Below, piece by piece: positions 49,909-61,973 of a stretch of DNA of 64,000 bases (position 1 is the stretch's first letter; each line of letters opens with the position of its first letter). The stretch comes from Lama glama (taxonomy: Eukaryota): contig CM052817.1 of the NCBI GenBank assembly GCA_028534125.1, positions 109,246,001-109,310,000 on the forward strand, written 5' to 3'. Both the position numbers and the translations under genes were made by a program. The notes under the pieces are model-generated. The model was given only the letters and a program-made list of their open reading frames with translations, had not been told where the DNA came from and did not search any database.

Positions 49909-50514
49909 GAAAAGATCCTCAGTGAAAAAAATCCATAAAGGAAAGTCCTCCCAGCTCTCATGATCATCTTGTGTGCTTTAAATCCACCGAGGTTTCCAAT
50001 GAGATCTCAGTAACAGCTCCAGAAAATAGAACGTGCAGTTAGGCCAACCGGTGAAAGCTGAAGCGGGCCTGTGGGTTAAATTATAATGTGGAAACTAAAT
50101 GCTTTCCTCCACTGTGGGCTACATAAAGGTTCCTCGGGAAAGTGTCCCTGTTTTGGATGAAACGCAATGTAGTATTTTGTGTGAAGGGGCAAATGTGAGT
50201 ACTTTTTACCATTACTGAAACTCTTCCAGATGCTTTTAATTACTGGAAATTACATTACTTCTCAAAACAACTGTATCAATCCCATGGCAGAAAAGCAGAG
50301 AAAATAGACATCAAATTTGTTATAGAGACCAGGACCTCCCCAGGCCAAGGTCAACCAAAGCCGTGATGCTAACTGCCCACCTACGAGTCTACCTGTTATT
50401 AAGAGGCACCGTGGGAAGAGGATGCTAGCAGCCACCAGGCCTTGGGTCCTGTGGGTGACCAGGAATGCGGGAGAAACAGTGAGATTTTAAAATTACAATT
50501 TTTCACACCACATT

Positions 50515-51218
50515 ACAAAAAGTTGTCAGAATAAACAAATTCATTCAAGTTGAATATATAATCAATATACAAAAGTCAGCTGCATTTCTACATAACAGTA
50601 GCAATCAGAAAGAAAAATAAATAATCACATTTACAACTGCATCACACAGAACAAACTAGGATAAATTTAACCAAGGACATGAAAGACCTGTACTTAAAAA
50701 TCTATAAACCATCAATAAAGAAATTAAAGAAGACACAAATAAACAGAAAAATAGTCCTTACTTATGCATTGGAAGAATTGCTATTATTAAAATGTCAATT
50801 CTACCCGAAGCCATCGACAAATTCACTGCAATGCCAATATAATAGCCAATGGCATTTTTCATAGAAGTAGAAATAACAACCCTATTATTAATATGGAACA
50901 ATTAAGGACCCTGAACAGCCAGATTCTGAAAAAGAAAGACACAGCTGGGGGCATCTCCCTCCCTAACGTCAAACTGTATCACGGAGCTGTAGTAACAACA
51001 GTGAGCAACTGGCACACACACAGACATACGGACTAGAGGAACAGAACTGAGAGCCCAGAAATGAAGTCACATGGCTGAGGTCAGTCAATTCATGAAAACA
51101 GGGCGGAGGACATACAAAGAGGGAGGGGGAGGGCCCTCAAACAGTGCAGGGAAACCTGGACACCATACGCCAAAGCACATTGCTGGTCACCACCTACATG
51201 GCACATAAACCAACTAAA
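50515..51218 (+). mobile_element. L1 ORF2 internal fragment
   Basis: Degenerate ORF2 text ([10 protein letters not shown]...; gaacagaactgagagcccagaaat). Confidence 0.8.
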
Positions 51219-51844
51219 GGCCCGCAATTTTCCACATCAAGCTCTTTCTCAGCATCCTCCCCTCAGCAGTCAGCTGCACACAGGAAGCTGCTCCTCACTT
51301 GTCCTTTTTAAAAAAATTTATTTTACCTCTTATGTGACTCCTCACTGGCGATGTCCAAGAACGCTCAGCCACACTGTCTAGAAGCCTAAGCCGTGATGAG
51401 TTCCTAGGAGACAAAACTCCTGCCAGCTGTGCAAAGCGCCAGGCCCATGGGCAGAATGCACCTGTGCCATCAGGTCAGCGATGTGGGTTTGGTGCCCCCC
51501 TGTGGGCCATCAGAGAAGTCGGGGAACGTGGTGCTCACAGAGCCCAGAGGCCTCACCCTAAAGGCAGTTTTGCTGTAGATGCTATGTTTGGAAATCCAAA
51601 CAGAAAGACAGCCATATATCTCACTGTCTTGTCTCAAAAAAATGGTGAAGGAACAATTAATTAGAAATCACACAGAATGAGTCTGTTTCTGTTTTGTATT
51701 TATGGGTTTTTTTTTTAGAATGAATATAACATAGACACAAACTTTACAACTGACACCCAAATTCACCCCAAATTGCCCAGAGACAAATTTAAATGACAAA
51801 AGTATAAAAACTGTAAAAGGAAACAGGAGTAAATACACATGATC

Positions 51845-52300
51845 TGTGTTCCCAAAAAACGAGCCTCTGTGTCCCCAAAAATGAATTCCAACCCAGAGAC
51901 AGAGTTCGGGGAGTATCAGAGTATCAGAAAGAGCAGCTTTCTTGCTCTGCCAGGAAAGGGGAGTCGGCGCAGTCATGCCTCAGATACTGTGTATCCATCC
52001 TGGGGCTGCTGTCCTGAGGTTTTAGACAATAACTGAGGGGAGCAGAAAGATAGCAAGAGCAGAGTGTTTTTCTGAGGTGCTGCGTTCTTCTTTGTCTCGA
52101 TGAATCCACCTGGCCTGTGGAGAAACTCTGTATTCTTTTGAGGCTATCAGCCCAGAACCACCTTCTCTGAATACAGCTTCTGGGTTAAAGGAGAGGCTAT
52201 CCTGGGTAAAGAATGCACAAGGAGAGTGAGTGTAATGGCGAGGTTGGGGGTTGACCAGAGAGAAGAGACAAACAAGATGCAAGAATTTTAAACCAGAATG
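51845..52300 (-). mobile_element. Probable ERV LTR fragment
   Basis: aatgaattccaacccagagacagagtt...agcagctttcttgctctgccagg is LTR-like; family not assigned. Confidence 0.45.
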
Positions 52301-52466
52301 GACCAGCAGGCCAGCTCAACACCAGGGAAGCCACTTCATTAGTTTGTTTCCTGCTCTTTTGCTTGGGCCTGCTGATTACTAACACACGACACCAAAAGCC
52401 TATGTAGGAAATTTTTTTTAAAAAAATCACAATTAATAATGTAGACTTTATAAAATCATTTATTTC

Positions 52467-52991
52467 TGTAATAGAAGAGAACAAATCTGACTCTCTATTG
52501 GATCTGTTCCTTTAGTTTTAACCACTGTGCCCTGTTTTCCAGGCTCAGTCTTGCCAGCTCTGCACCTTTTGGGAAACAATGTTGCCTTTATCCTGAAATA
52601 TACAGGAGAGCCTATTCTCCGGGCTCTGACCTTTAAGGATGTTAGCACTTCTGCACTTATGCAGAGCTGGCAAGCTGCAAACTAGAGAATAACCTTTGTT
52701 TTGTTGGAGGTTTACAGGGACACCATGACCTGGCCCACGTGGACGGCTGCAAGGACAAAGAATGCCTGCAGCAAGAAGTCTGCAACAACCAACCCCACCC
52801 CCTCCCCTGTTATTTTTTTTTATAAAAGGAGCCTGTATTCTGAATGGGGGAGGATGGTTCTCCAAGACATTAATCTGCCATCCTCTTGGCCTGCCAGCTT
52901 TCTGAATAAAGTCTATTCCTTGCCCCAACACCTCATCTCCCAATTTTCGGCCTGTCACGTGGTGAGCAGAACAAGTTTGGATTTAGTAGCA
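52467..52991 (+). mobile_element. ERV1-class solo LTR, same family as 4964-5436
   Basis: TG...CA ends, TATAAAA and AATAAA on the plus strand; reverse complement matches 4964-5436. Confidence 0.85.
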
Positions 52992-55900
52992 GAAAGAAAT
53001 GAATCACCAACGTATGCAAAGATGTGGATGAATCTTTCATGTACAGTGTTAAGTGTGCAACCAAAAGAAGAAGAAGAAAAATAAAGGAGCAAATAGTAAA
53101 AATGTTTATTTGGAGACTTAAGAATTGCATTAAGGGGACGCATATTCAGGTAACCCTTAAAGAGTGTTTCTGGTAGGAAAAGGGGTCAGAGGCTTACAAA
53201 GGCTAAAGACCACGAGGTTGCTAAAAGTTGCCTGGTAACACGTGGCCAGCAGCTCGCCAAGGAGCGTCCCCATGCAGAGGTGTCTCTTACTAAATGTGAG
53301 CTGACTCCCAGGCCAGCTGCCCTGAAGTTTACTAACCCTGCCCAGGGGAGCCACCTGGATGTATATAAGGACCCTAAAGGCTGGAGAAAGGGGCTTGGAG
53401 CCACACCAGTGACAGCACACATGCTGAGTTGGCGCCTGCAGGCCGCATAGGACAATCCTGGTCCAGGTGCTCTTCTGGATCTGAGTTACCCTCCTCTCCT
53501 GGCCTTTATTGCCTTTTTTCTTGCTTCCTCACTTTTGTTTGGGGAGAACTTCCAAGAGCACTGAGAGACACATTCTCTTCCTTAGCAAAGGGTACCTGGC
53601 CCTGTCAGACCAGGCCACCTGCACAGCCAGGGCCCCTCACTCCCTCCCACCAGCCCCGCCCCATGACCACTGACCAAGCAGGGACTGTGGCCTCAGGTAC
53701 ACCTGCAGATTCTCTGGCTCCAAGGAGGAGGCATTTATACAGACCTCAACCTAGGCACCCCTGGAAAGGGCTAGTTGGCAGGATCAGGCTGACCAGGTCA
53801 GCTGGTCCGCCCCCATCAGGGGCTTGCTGTTGCAGAAAACACCCCTTGCTGTGCAGGACAGGTCCTAGGAACAGGTGTGGGGCTCTGACGGTCAGGGATG
53901 CAGCTCTGGCTTGTTTTCTATCATTTTAACTAGCCCACGAGTGGTAGACAATTTCAAAAAACCCTCTCCTCACGAGAGAAATCCAGGAGTCAGGATAAGA
54001 AGGGGGCTGAATGGAGACAGAGGCCCCATGCTGTGGAAACCTAGAAGCCCCTAGAAGGACCAATGAGGGGGACCTTGCAGAGTGAAGCCCAGGTTCACAG
54101 GTGTGCCCAGGAGCTGCCACTTTGAGGTGCTCAGGGTCAGCTCTGAGCAACAGGTGGAGCAGAGGGTATTCTGCAGTGAGGGCCACTTGCGTGGTCCCTG
54201 TGTGCCGAGCCCTGCCAGGGGGCCTGCCCAGGTGAGTTCCATATCCTGGGAGGGGCCTGCCCACGTCAGCCCCGTGTGTTGTGAGTGGCATGTGAACAAG
54301 CATCCTCTCTTTGGTGCTGGCACAGAGTTGTTTAGTGGCTCACTTCTAGACAGTGCTGAGATTTGATAAGAACTGGGAGATGTTGTGGGTGCCTGAACCA
54401 CGCCCAGGGCCCATCCAGAGTGACGAAGTCAGATACTGGCTTCTGTGCTGGGTAAGGGTGGCCCCATGGGTATTTCCTGTTTCTTCGACCTGACAGCAGC
54501 GGCCTCCCCAGGGCAGAGCAGACAGCCTGCCTTAGGTGGGCGGAAGCTCCTGGTGACCGTGCAGGGGACAAAGGAATGAGGGACCAAGCAGGCAAAGCCA
54601 GGGGGCACATGGCACGAGGGGTCCTTTCTGGGTCTGAGCTGGGAGTGGACAACCAGGTGGTGAGTGGGACCCAGGAAAGCTGCCCTGGTGAATGAGAATG
54701 AACCTGCTTCAGGGTGACAAGCCCGCTGAGTGACCCTAAAAAGAGGATTAGGAAATGAATCCTGTTAAAGGCAGGTTTTGTAACATGAGTCCCACTGAAA
54801 AGAACATTTTGCAAAGTGAATTCTCCTAAAGGGAGGCTCTGTGAGCTGGTGCCCTCTGAGGGGGGATGTGGAACCTGCTGGGGGTCACCCTGGGCAGGCA
54901 GAGGATCTAGACCTTGCACTGTGGCCCCATGTCTGTGCTTGTGGGCGGTTACTTGGCTCCTCGGAGCCTCAGCTTCCCAGTCTGCTCGTGGGGGTTGGCA
55001 TCGTGGATTGACCAGTACTTTGCTCAGAACAGTGTACAAAGGGGTGTTATGGAAATGTCCCAGGATCCTGACTGTAGGGGAATTGCAGGCACTGGTTCCC
55101 ACATGTTTTACTTCAGCATCAGGGGAGCAAATCTAAGCTGACTTGCAGCAGAGCCTGGGATGGACTCATCTTGGTGAGTCCTTTGTCTTCTGAATCTCAG
55201 AGTGGGGAGGCTTCAGTGGGCAGCGGAAGACTCATCCCACAGCCAGAAACATCCAGACCACTATTCAACTCCCTACAGCAGCCCGGTTCCTGGTCACCAG
55301 CCGAGGGCTGTCTCTGGTGTTCTGTCTTTCGGCACAGAGATGTCTCCTGTTTCTTGCTGAATCTTGGTGGGGGAGGGAGATGCTGCTGGCTGACCTCTTA
55401 GTCTTGCTGAGGGACGCTTGCCGAGGCCTCTTCCCCAGGAGTTTAGGAGCATGGCCGGGGACCCCTGGACATTATGCTGGCTGCACAGAAGTGAGACACC
55501 TGCCTGGGCTGGGCATCCCCAACAGGCCTGCCTGGCCCCTGGACCGTGGCACCTCCTACCACAGTGATAGCCTGGTGCACTGGGTGCTGTACCGTGATCA
55601 TGACACGTGTAAACGGGCAAGGCCTTGGGAGCTTTCCTGCCTGCCGCATGGCTTCCAGCCCACCACGGAACCTCCAGGCCTGCCGTGGACACCCCCACCC
55701 AGTCATGGGCTCCCACTCCTGCCACGGACACCCCCATGCCATTAGCCCCCAGGAGGCCTGCGGGGAGGGGTGAGAACTTGGCCGTGAAGAAGACAGGACA
55801 GGCCCTAACTGCAGCAGGTGCAGGGAAGCACCAAAGGTGCCCAAGTGTCTGTCCCACAAAGGCCCAGGATGGTGGTTTCAAGGTATGAGGGCTCCAAGTG

Positions 55901-56059
55901 CGGGGGCCACCTCTGCCTGCAGCGGGGCTCCTCTGGGGAGCTGCTGCAGGCACACATTCTCTTCTGATGACTCTGCAACTGTCCTGCCCACTCAGTCGCA
56001 GCCCTGAGCCCCACAACAGCCTTTGGATGGTATGTCTTTGTTTGTTTATTTTTATTCAA

Positions 56060-56150
56060 AGGCTTTTTTTTTTAACATTTTTTGTTGAGTTACAGTCATT
56101 TTACAATGTTGTGTCAACTTCCAGTGTAGAGCACAATTTTTCAGTTATAT
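56060..56150 (-). mobile_element. L1 3' tip
   Basis: gtcattttacaatgttgtgtcaacttccagtgtagagcacaatttttcagttata. Confidence 0.85.
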
Positions 56151-56909
56151 TTTTGTTTGTTGGTTGGTTGGTATATTTTTAAAGAAGGAAAAGATTTAAT
56201 CAGTAATAATAATACATTTTTACTAGAACATTAGGAAAATGTAAAGATTTATTTTGCTTCTGGGTGGAAAGATTGAATATGATAAAGCTGATAGCCCAAA
56301 TTAACTTGTAGATGTAATGTATTTTTTTCTCCTTTTTCAGTTTTATTAGGTAGAATTACTACAGTCAGACGGCACATACACATTCTACTGCATGCAGAGA
56401 CACATATACAGTACACTGCACTTTTTTTAAGTTTACATGTATGTACTAATTATTGTTTCTGAGAACAGACTGACATTTCTCACCTGACAGACTTGCCCTG
56501 AGAATGGGTTTTCACACTGTGTCAGAGCCCAGCGTGGCCACCCTGCATGCCCTGTGTGTCCTGGAGTCTCAGGAGGCCACAGAATTGGGACACCTTTAGC
56601 ACCATGGACCCCTGGGCATTTCACAAAGCCCCTCCCTTCCCCTCACAGCTAGGATGCCACGTATGCAAGGGGGGCCTGGACTGAGCTAAACCACAAACTG
56701 CGGCCTCCTGCACTTGCCCTGGTAGACCATAAGGCCTTCCTTGGGGCCTATCCCGCCCCTGACTGTGACTGCAGGATTGGGAAGCCCCAGACCACCCCAG
56801 GTTCTTTTTTCTTGGAGGCTCCCAGGGTTCACCAAAGCATTACACTCAAGGTCACGGGGAAAGAACAAGAGCCAGGTGGTGGTGGCTGTTGGGGTACTTG
56901 ATGCCCCAG

Positions 56910-57421
56910 GGTAGGGGGGGGACTTTTCCTCTGCCCTCTTTGGGTCTATACCACGGATCAGCAAATTAAAGTGACAAATGACAGATGAACAGGAGCACAA
57001 AGTTTATCACGTCTGTGCATAGAGCCCTTCGCACAACTTGGAGACCTGGAAAACAGACTTAAGGGCTCACATGCCATTTTAACAAAAGGGGTTACGTTTC
57101 TGGAGAAGTGACAAGAGGAAAAAAAAAAACAGGTTTCAGTTTCTAGGGACAGTAAATTGTGGGAATGTGAATATGTGGGGGGAAACAAGGGAAGACAAAG
57201 CTTGCTCAGTGAGGCTGGGTTTGCAGGCTGCCGTCAGTGAGAGCTCAGACGGTACGACCCCTTCCCCCCTTCCTTGTGCGGGAGGGGGGGGCGTCCTCAC
57301 AGAGGGGGCCGGCGGTGGGGGCGGGGAGCGGCTTGCTTTCTGCTGCTTCTCAGTCACCTTCAGCTCAAAGTGACCCTTATGCCAAAGTGGTACATTTAGG
57401 GTGGCAAATTTTGATCCCCCA
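56910..57421 (-). mobile_element. MER34-like ERV1 solo LTR
   Basis: End ...tatgccaaagtggtacatttagggtggcaaattttgatcccca is the reverse complement of the MER34-like LTR start seen at 16569. Confidence 0.65.
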
Positions 57422-57761
57422 CTCAGCTGTATACAAAGACTTGCTAACAGCTGGAGATGGTGCCAGTGGGTGGGCTCCCCCAAACTAGACATAACTCTTT
57501 CCCTGCAGAGGAGAAGGTCCAGAATTTCGGGGTGATGGCCAGCATGCTGCACGCTTACAGCGGGGCCCAGTTCTGCTCACCTCACACACTTTAGCTCAGG
57601 GAATCCGCCCTATCACCCTATGAGATGGGTGCTATTACCAATCCCATTTTCCAAGTGGGAAACCAAGGCACGGACATGGGGGTTACTGTTCCAAGGGTGG
57701 CTCGTAGGTGGTGGAGCTCAGATGCAAACCCAGCTCTTCATCACTTCTTTAGAAAGGATGG

Positions 57762-57912
57762 TGTCTGTTGGTTTCCTGGGGCTGCATAGCAAGCGCCACA
57801 AACTGGTGGATAAACAGCAGACATCTATTGTCTCAAGGAATCTGGAGCCTGGAGGTCTGAGTTCAAGGTGTCAGCAGGGTTGGTTTCCCCTGCAGCCTCC
57901 CTCCCTGGCAGA
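57762..57912 (-). mobile_element. MLT1 LTR fragment
   Basis: tttcctggggctgcatagcaagcgccacaaactgg...ttcaaggtgtcagcaggg. Confidence 0.65.
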
Positions 57913-58407
57913 TTTTATTCAGGAGCTATTGCAGTGGAGCGGGGGGAGGGGAGGGAGGCCCCTGTTCAGAGCTGGGCTCCACCAAGGATCAGCTGACCGG
58001 ATGGCCGGAGAGCCTCTCATCACCTCTGCCATGCAGGCCTGTCCTGCCCAGGAATCCAGTGTGGCCGCCTCCTGCTGGGAGCCCAGGATGCTAGAATCAG
58101 GCCGCTTCTTGCCTGTCCTTGTAGGAGACTGGGCTGCACTGCGACAAACTCCTGGCTTGCCCTTGGATCCTGACCATAGCATGATCAGAGCAATCGGTAA
58201 TATTTTTTTCTTGCATGTGGAAATGTTTAATGACAGAAAGATTTGGTTCAGTTTCCTAGGTAAAGTGCACAGCCCAATGCTGGTTTATTCACCAAGCAAT
58301 GTTTAAGCCCTAGTTCTCCAGGCCCAAGTTGAGGGACAAATGTGTGTGACCTGTGCCTCCTTGGAGAGCGGCCCTCAGCTCATTTAGATAACAGTTCTTT
58401 ATCATAC

Positions 58408-58672
58408 ACTGTCTTCCCTCAGTACCCACGGGGGCTGGTTCCAGGATTGCACAGATACCAAAATCCATGGATGATCAAGTTCCTTCTATAAAAAGGCGTA
58501 TAGTACTTTCACATAAGCTACACACACCTTCCCATATACTTTAAATCATCCAAGGTTACTTAGAATACCTAACCCAATGTAAATGTTATGCACTTTTTGG
58601 ACATTTCTGGAATTTCTTTTCCAATATTTTTGACCTGCAGTGAGTTGAATCCATGGATGAGGTGTGCACAGG
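58408..58672 (+). mobile_element. MER2-type Tigger element
   Basis: ggggctggttccaggat...cagataccaaaatccatggatgatcaagttcc...tactttaaatcatc. Confidence 0.75.
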
Positions 58673-58679
58673 TAGATTC

Positions 58680-58975
58680 ATACCTCTTTCCTGGCTTCTG
58701 CTGATTTGCAGGCAATCTCTGTGGTTTCTTGGCTTGAAGAAGCCACACTCTGATCTCCATCTTTACCTTCCCAGGGTGTTCTATTGTGTGCATCTGTCTC
58801 CATTTTTAAAAAAAATAATGTCAGAAGCCTTATTGGATTAGGGGCTCATTCCACTCTGGTATGACCTAATTATAACTCAGCTAATTACATCAGCAATGCC
58901 CCTGGATCCAGATGAGGTCACATCCTGAGATACTGGGAGTTAAGACGTAGGAATCTAGAGTGGGGGCGGAACACA
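58680..58975 (-). mobile_element. MLT1 LTR fragment
   Basis: tattggattaggggctcat...tatgacctaat...aggtcacatcctgagatactggg. Confidence 0.65.
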
Positions 58976-59125
58976 TGGGCATTTCAGCAGGACATCTCCT
59001 TCTTAAACATTGGCACTTCCCCTGTCAGCACCTTAGGGATCTGCCCACTTTATGCAGGACTCCTGATAGGGGAGGGCTGTCAACAAGTATGTGGACTTAA
59101 TAACCCTTCACAGTCGTAGAGTAGG

Positions 59126-59380
59126 GAGGCAGCATAGCATGGTGGTTTAGCGCCCAGGCTCGGGGCCAGAGTGCCTGGGTTTGGGTCTGGCTGCTGCCAA
59201 TCACCGGTCATGTGATCTTGGGCAAGTAACTTCACCTCTCTGCTTCAGTTTCTTTATCTGCAAGGTAAGGGTAATAGTACAAAGTGGACAGGGTTGCTTA
59301 GAATTTGACGTGAATGAACACCTGGGAAGGGCTTGAATCCTTGTCTAGGAAGCACCTGATACGATATGAGCAATTGATAC
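59126..59380 (+). mobile_element. MIR SINE
   Basis: aggcagcatagcatggtggttt...tgtgatcttgggcaagtaacttcacctctctgcttcagtttc is the MIR core. Confidence 0.8.
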
Positions 59381-61973
59381 TATTAAAACAACTTCTAAAT
59401 CTAAAATGCTGTCATTGAGGAACCTTCAAATGGCCCATAATCAAGGGCCAAATCGGTGGGATGCAGCTTAGAGGAGCCCAGAGGATGTAAGATGTCCAGG
59501 GACAGAAGGGTCTTTCCACACTATCTACTTGAGTCTTCTCATTTTGCAGATGAGTGACCCAGGGTTGAGAAAAAGGAAGTAACTAGCCCTGGAGCAATGG
59601 ACCCATTTGTGGTAGAACCAGGGCTATTAACACAGACACACGTTCCTTCTGCTCCTCTCTTACTTTAGATCAGTGAAAACACCAAGCCTTTCATCACGCA
59701 CCGCACGCCTGCTCCAGCCCAGGTCCGTCACTGGGCTCTGTAAATACACATGTATAGTACAGTCCTTGGTCTCTAAGGGTGCTTAGAGCTCAGCAAAGAG
59801 ATGAATGTGTCTAAGAAGCACAGTGATGCCCTAGCTCTCGTGCCCTTTTCCCTGGTGCTCTTGCAGCAAATAGAAAGGAGCAGGAATGGCCAGAGACTTC
59901 TCTTCTTTCATTCTGAGCACACGGTTCATGATGGTTTTGATGCTGTCACCAGCGAGTTTACAGTAAGTCCTGAGTCACAGAAAGACCTTTGGTCTGTCAG
60001 AGATCTGGTTATGCGCCATTAGAGTCAATCCTTTCTAGCCTTCCTGATGCCCCCGTCTTTGCCCAAGACCCTTATTAACTATCTTCTTCTATTCTTAAGA
60101 GGGACACTTTCCTCACTCCAGAATTGTACCAGACACACCTTAGAATCTCCATCCTTTAAACAGACCTCTGTTACATGACCTCTTGACAGCAGGCCCTGTG
60201 CTGGGCACTGTTGCTCCAGAGACAAGTCATACAAGGCTCCTGCTCTACAGGAGGAACAGGCCGACAAAGGAGCAAATGTCTCAAGAAATCAGGGATACTG
60301 TAGGACAGGAATTCTAGGAGAGGCTCCTTTGGAGCTCTGGGAGGAGAGAGAGAGAGAAGTGAGTGACTAAACCCATCTTGAGCTGCTATCAGTTACCAGA
60401 GTTACTTCCAAAGTCCCCTTGGGACCCCCTGTGACCATTGCTGACAGCCTGGCATGCCTCCCTTATAGGGGACGCCAGAGCAGTGGGCCCGCTTGCTTCA
60501 GACATCAAACATCCCTGGTGCAGCCTAGAAGGAAAAGCTGCGGTGCCTCTGGACGTACTGGAGTCTGACAACTCGAAGAAAAGCTCCAAAGGCTCAAAGT
60601 GTGTGAGCTTTGTCGGTATGGGGATTGCGTCCAGAGTAATCTAGATTAAAAAAAAAAGTTTTCATCTGAATAGAAAAGCTTCACAAGCCTGCTGTTGTGA
60701 AGGGAGGGAAGAAAGGGTTGGAAAGAGTGGAGGTGGCTCTTTCACTAAGCTGGAATTTGAGAATACGAGAGCTGCGATGATGGGACTTGACCTCCAACTT
60801 AAGCCTTTTCTCCGAAACTGCATGTTTTTTAAAGGTAGTGTGATACTGCATAGAAAGAACTGAGGCTTTGTGCTAGAAAACCTAGGATCTGGCCCTGACT
60901 CTATGCTGACTGTCACTTCATTTCTTGGAGGCTCAAAATGAGAAGAATAATTCCCATCTCAACCAGCTAGACCAAGGATAAACGTGCTCACTGACGGAAA
61001 AGTTGTTCACAAGTTGTAAAACAGCACCACAGAGATGCAGCCTTCCTCATCATCACTGTTTTCAACATCGATAAGCTGCGATAAGACATTTAATGTTTAT
61101 CTTTTAAGTAGGCAATCCCAGTGTTAGGGTCCAGAAATATTCTTTAGACCCTCCCTTTCTTTATATATGTGTATGTATTTACATATATGTAGATTCAGAT
61201 ATCAGACATACATATATAGGACTCTACTTATGTATATATAAGGACTGTGTTTTTCAGGACATGTTTAATGGCAGAATTGGGATCAGAATTCATGTCTCTC
61301 AATCCCTAGACCAGTACCTTTGAGTTTGCCGCTTGGTTCTAGTAACTCTTGTTTGGAACACCTCCCTCCATAGCAGACTTTTCTCTCCTTAGGTGAGTTA
61401 GAAGAAGGCCTATGTTTCCGGAAACTGACCTTTTGTATCGCATCTTAGAATTTCAGAGCAGGGAGTATCCATAGTACACGTGGCAGTCTGTTCCCCTTCA
61501 TTTTGCAGACGCTGGAGCCCTGCATGCCTTTCTGATGTGACTAAGCCAGTGATCTCTTAACCTCTGGTCCCAACTTGCTCTTTCTGGTGTTCATCCTGTT
61601 TCTTTCAAAGAGCAGTATTGTTGGGGAAGGTGAGACCTGGGAAGAATGCTTCCCACAGCAAGTGTCTGGCTTGTGGCAAAGGACACAGGCGCTGAGGACG
61701 GCAGAATACAGTTTGCTCATGCTGCATGCCACTGCTTGCTCCTGGCATGTTTCCTTCCTGAAGTCTGGCCCCTTTTGGTCTGTTTCACTTCTTCCACTGA
61801 GGGACTGGCTCATTCCAAGGTGGAATTAGGGTTGATGGGTGTCAGGTAGGAAAGTTTTCTCATCAGGAGAGTAGGGCAACAAGGAAAAGAGAAAAAAATC
61901 TGTTTACTCTGTAAGCCCCAGGTAGACCTGAAAGACAGCCAGTAATAACCTGACTCCTCCTTCCAATCCTCTC

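Noticed and set aside
53429..58306. Long ORFs of 166-256 aa (53429-53929, 54332-55102, 55294-56016, 57620-58306)
   Set aside because: GC-rich region with overlapping ORFs on both strands, P/G/A/R-rich low-information translations, no recognisable domain; some run through MIR or MLT1 repeats.
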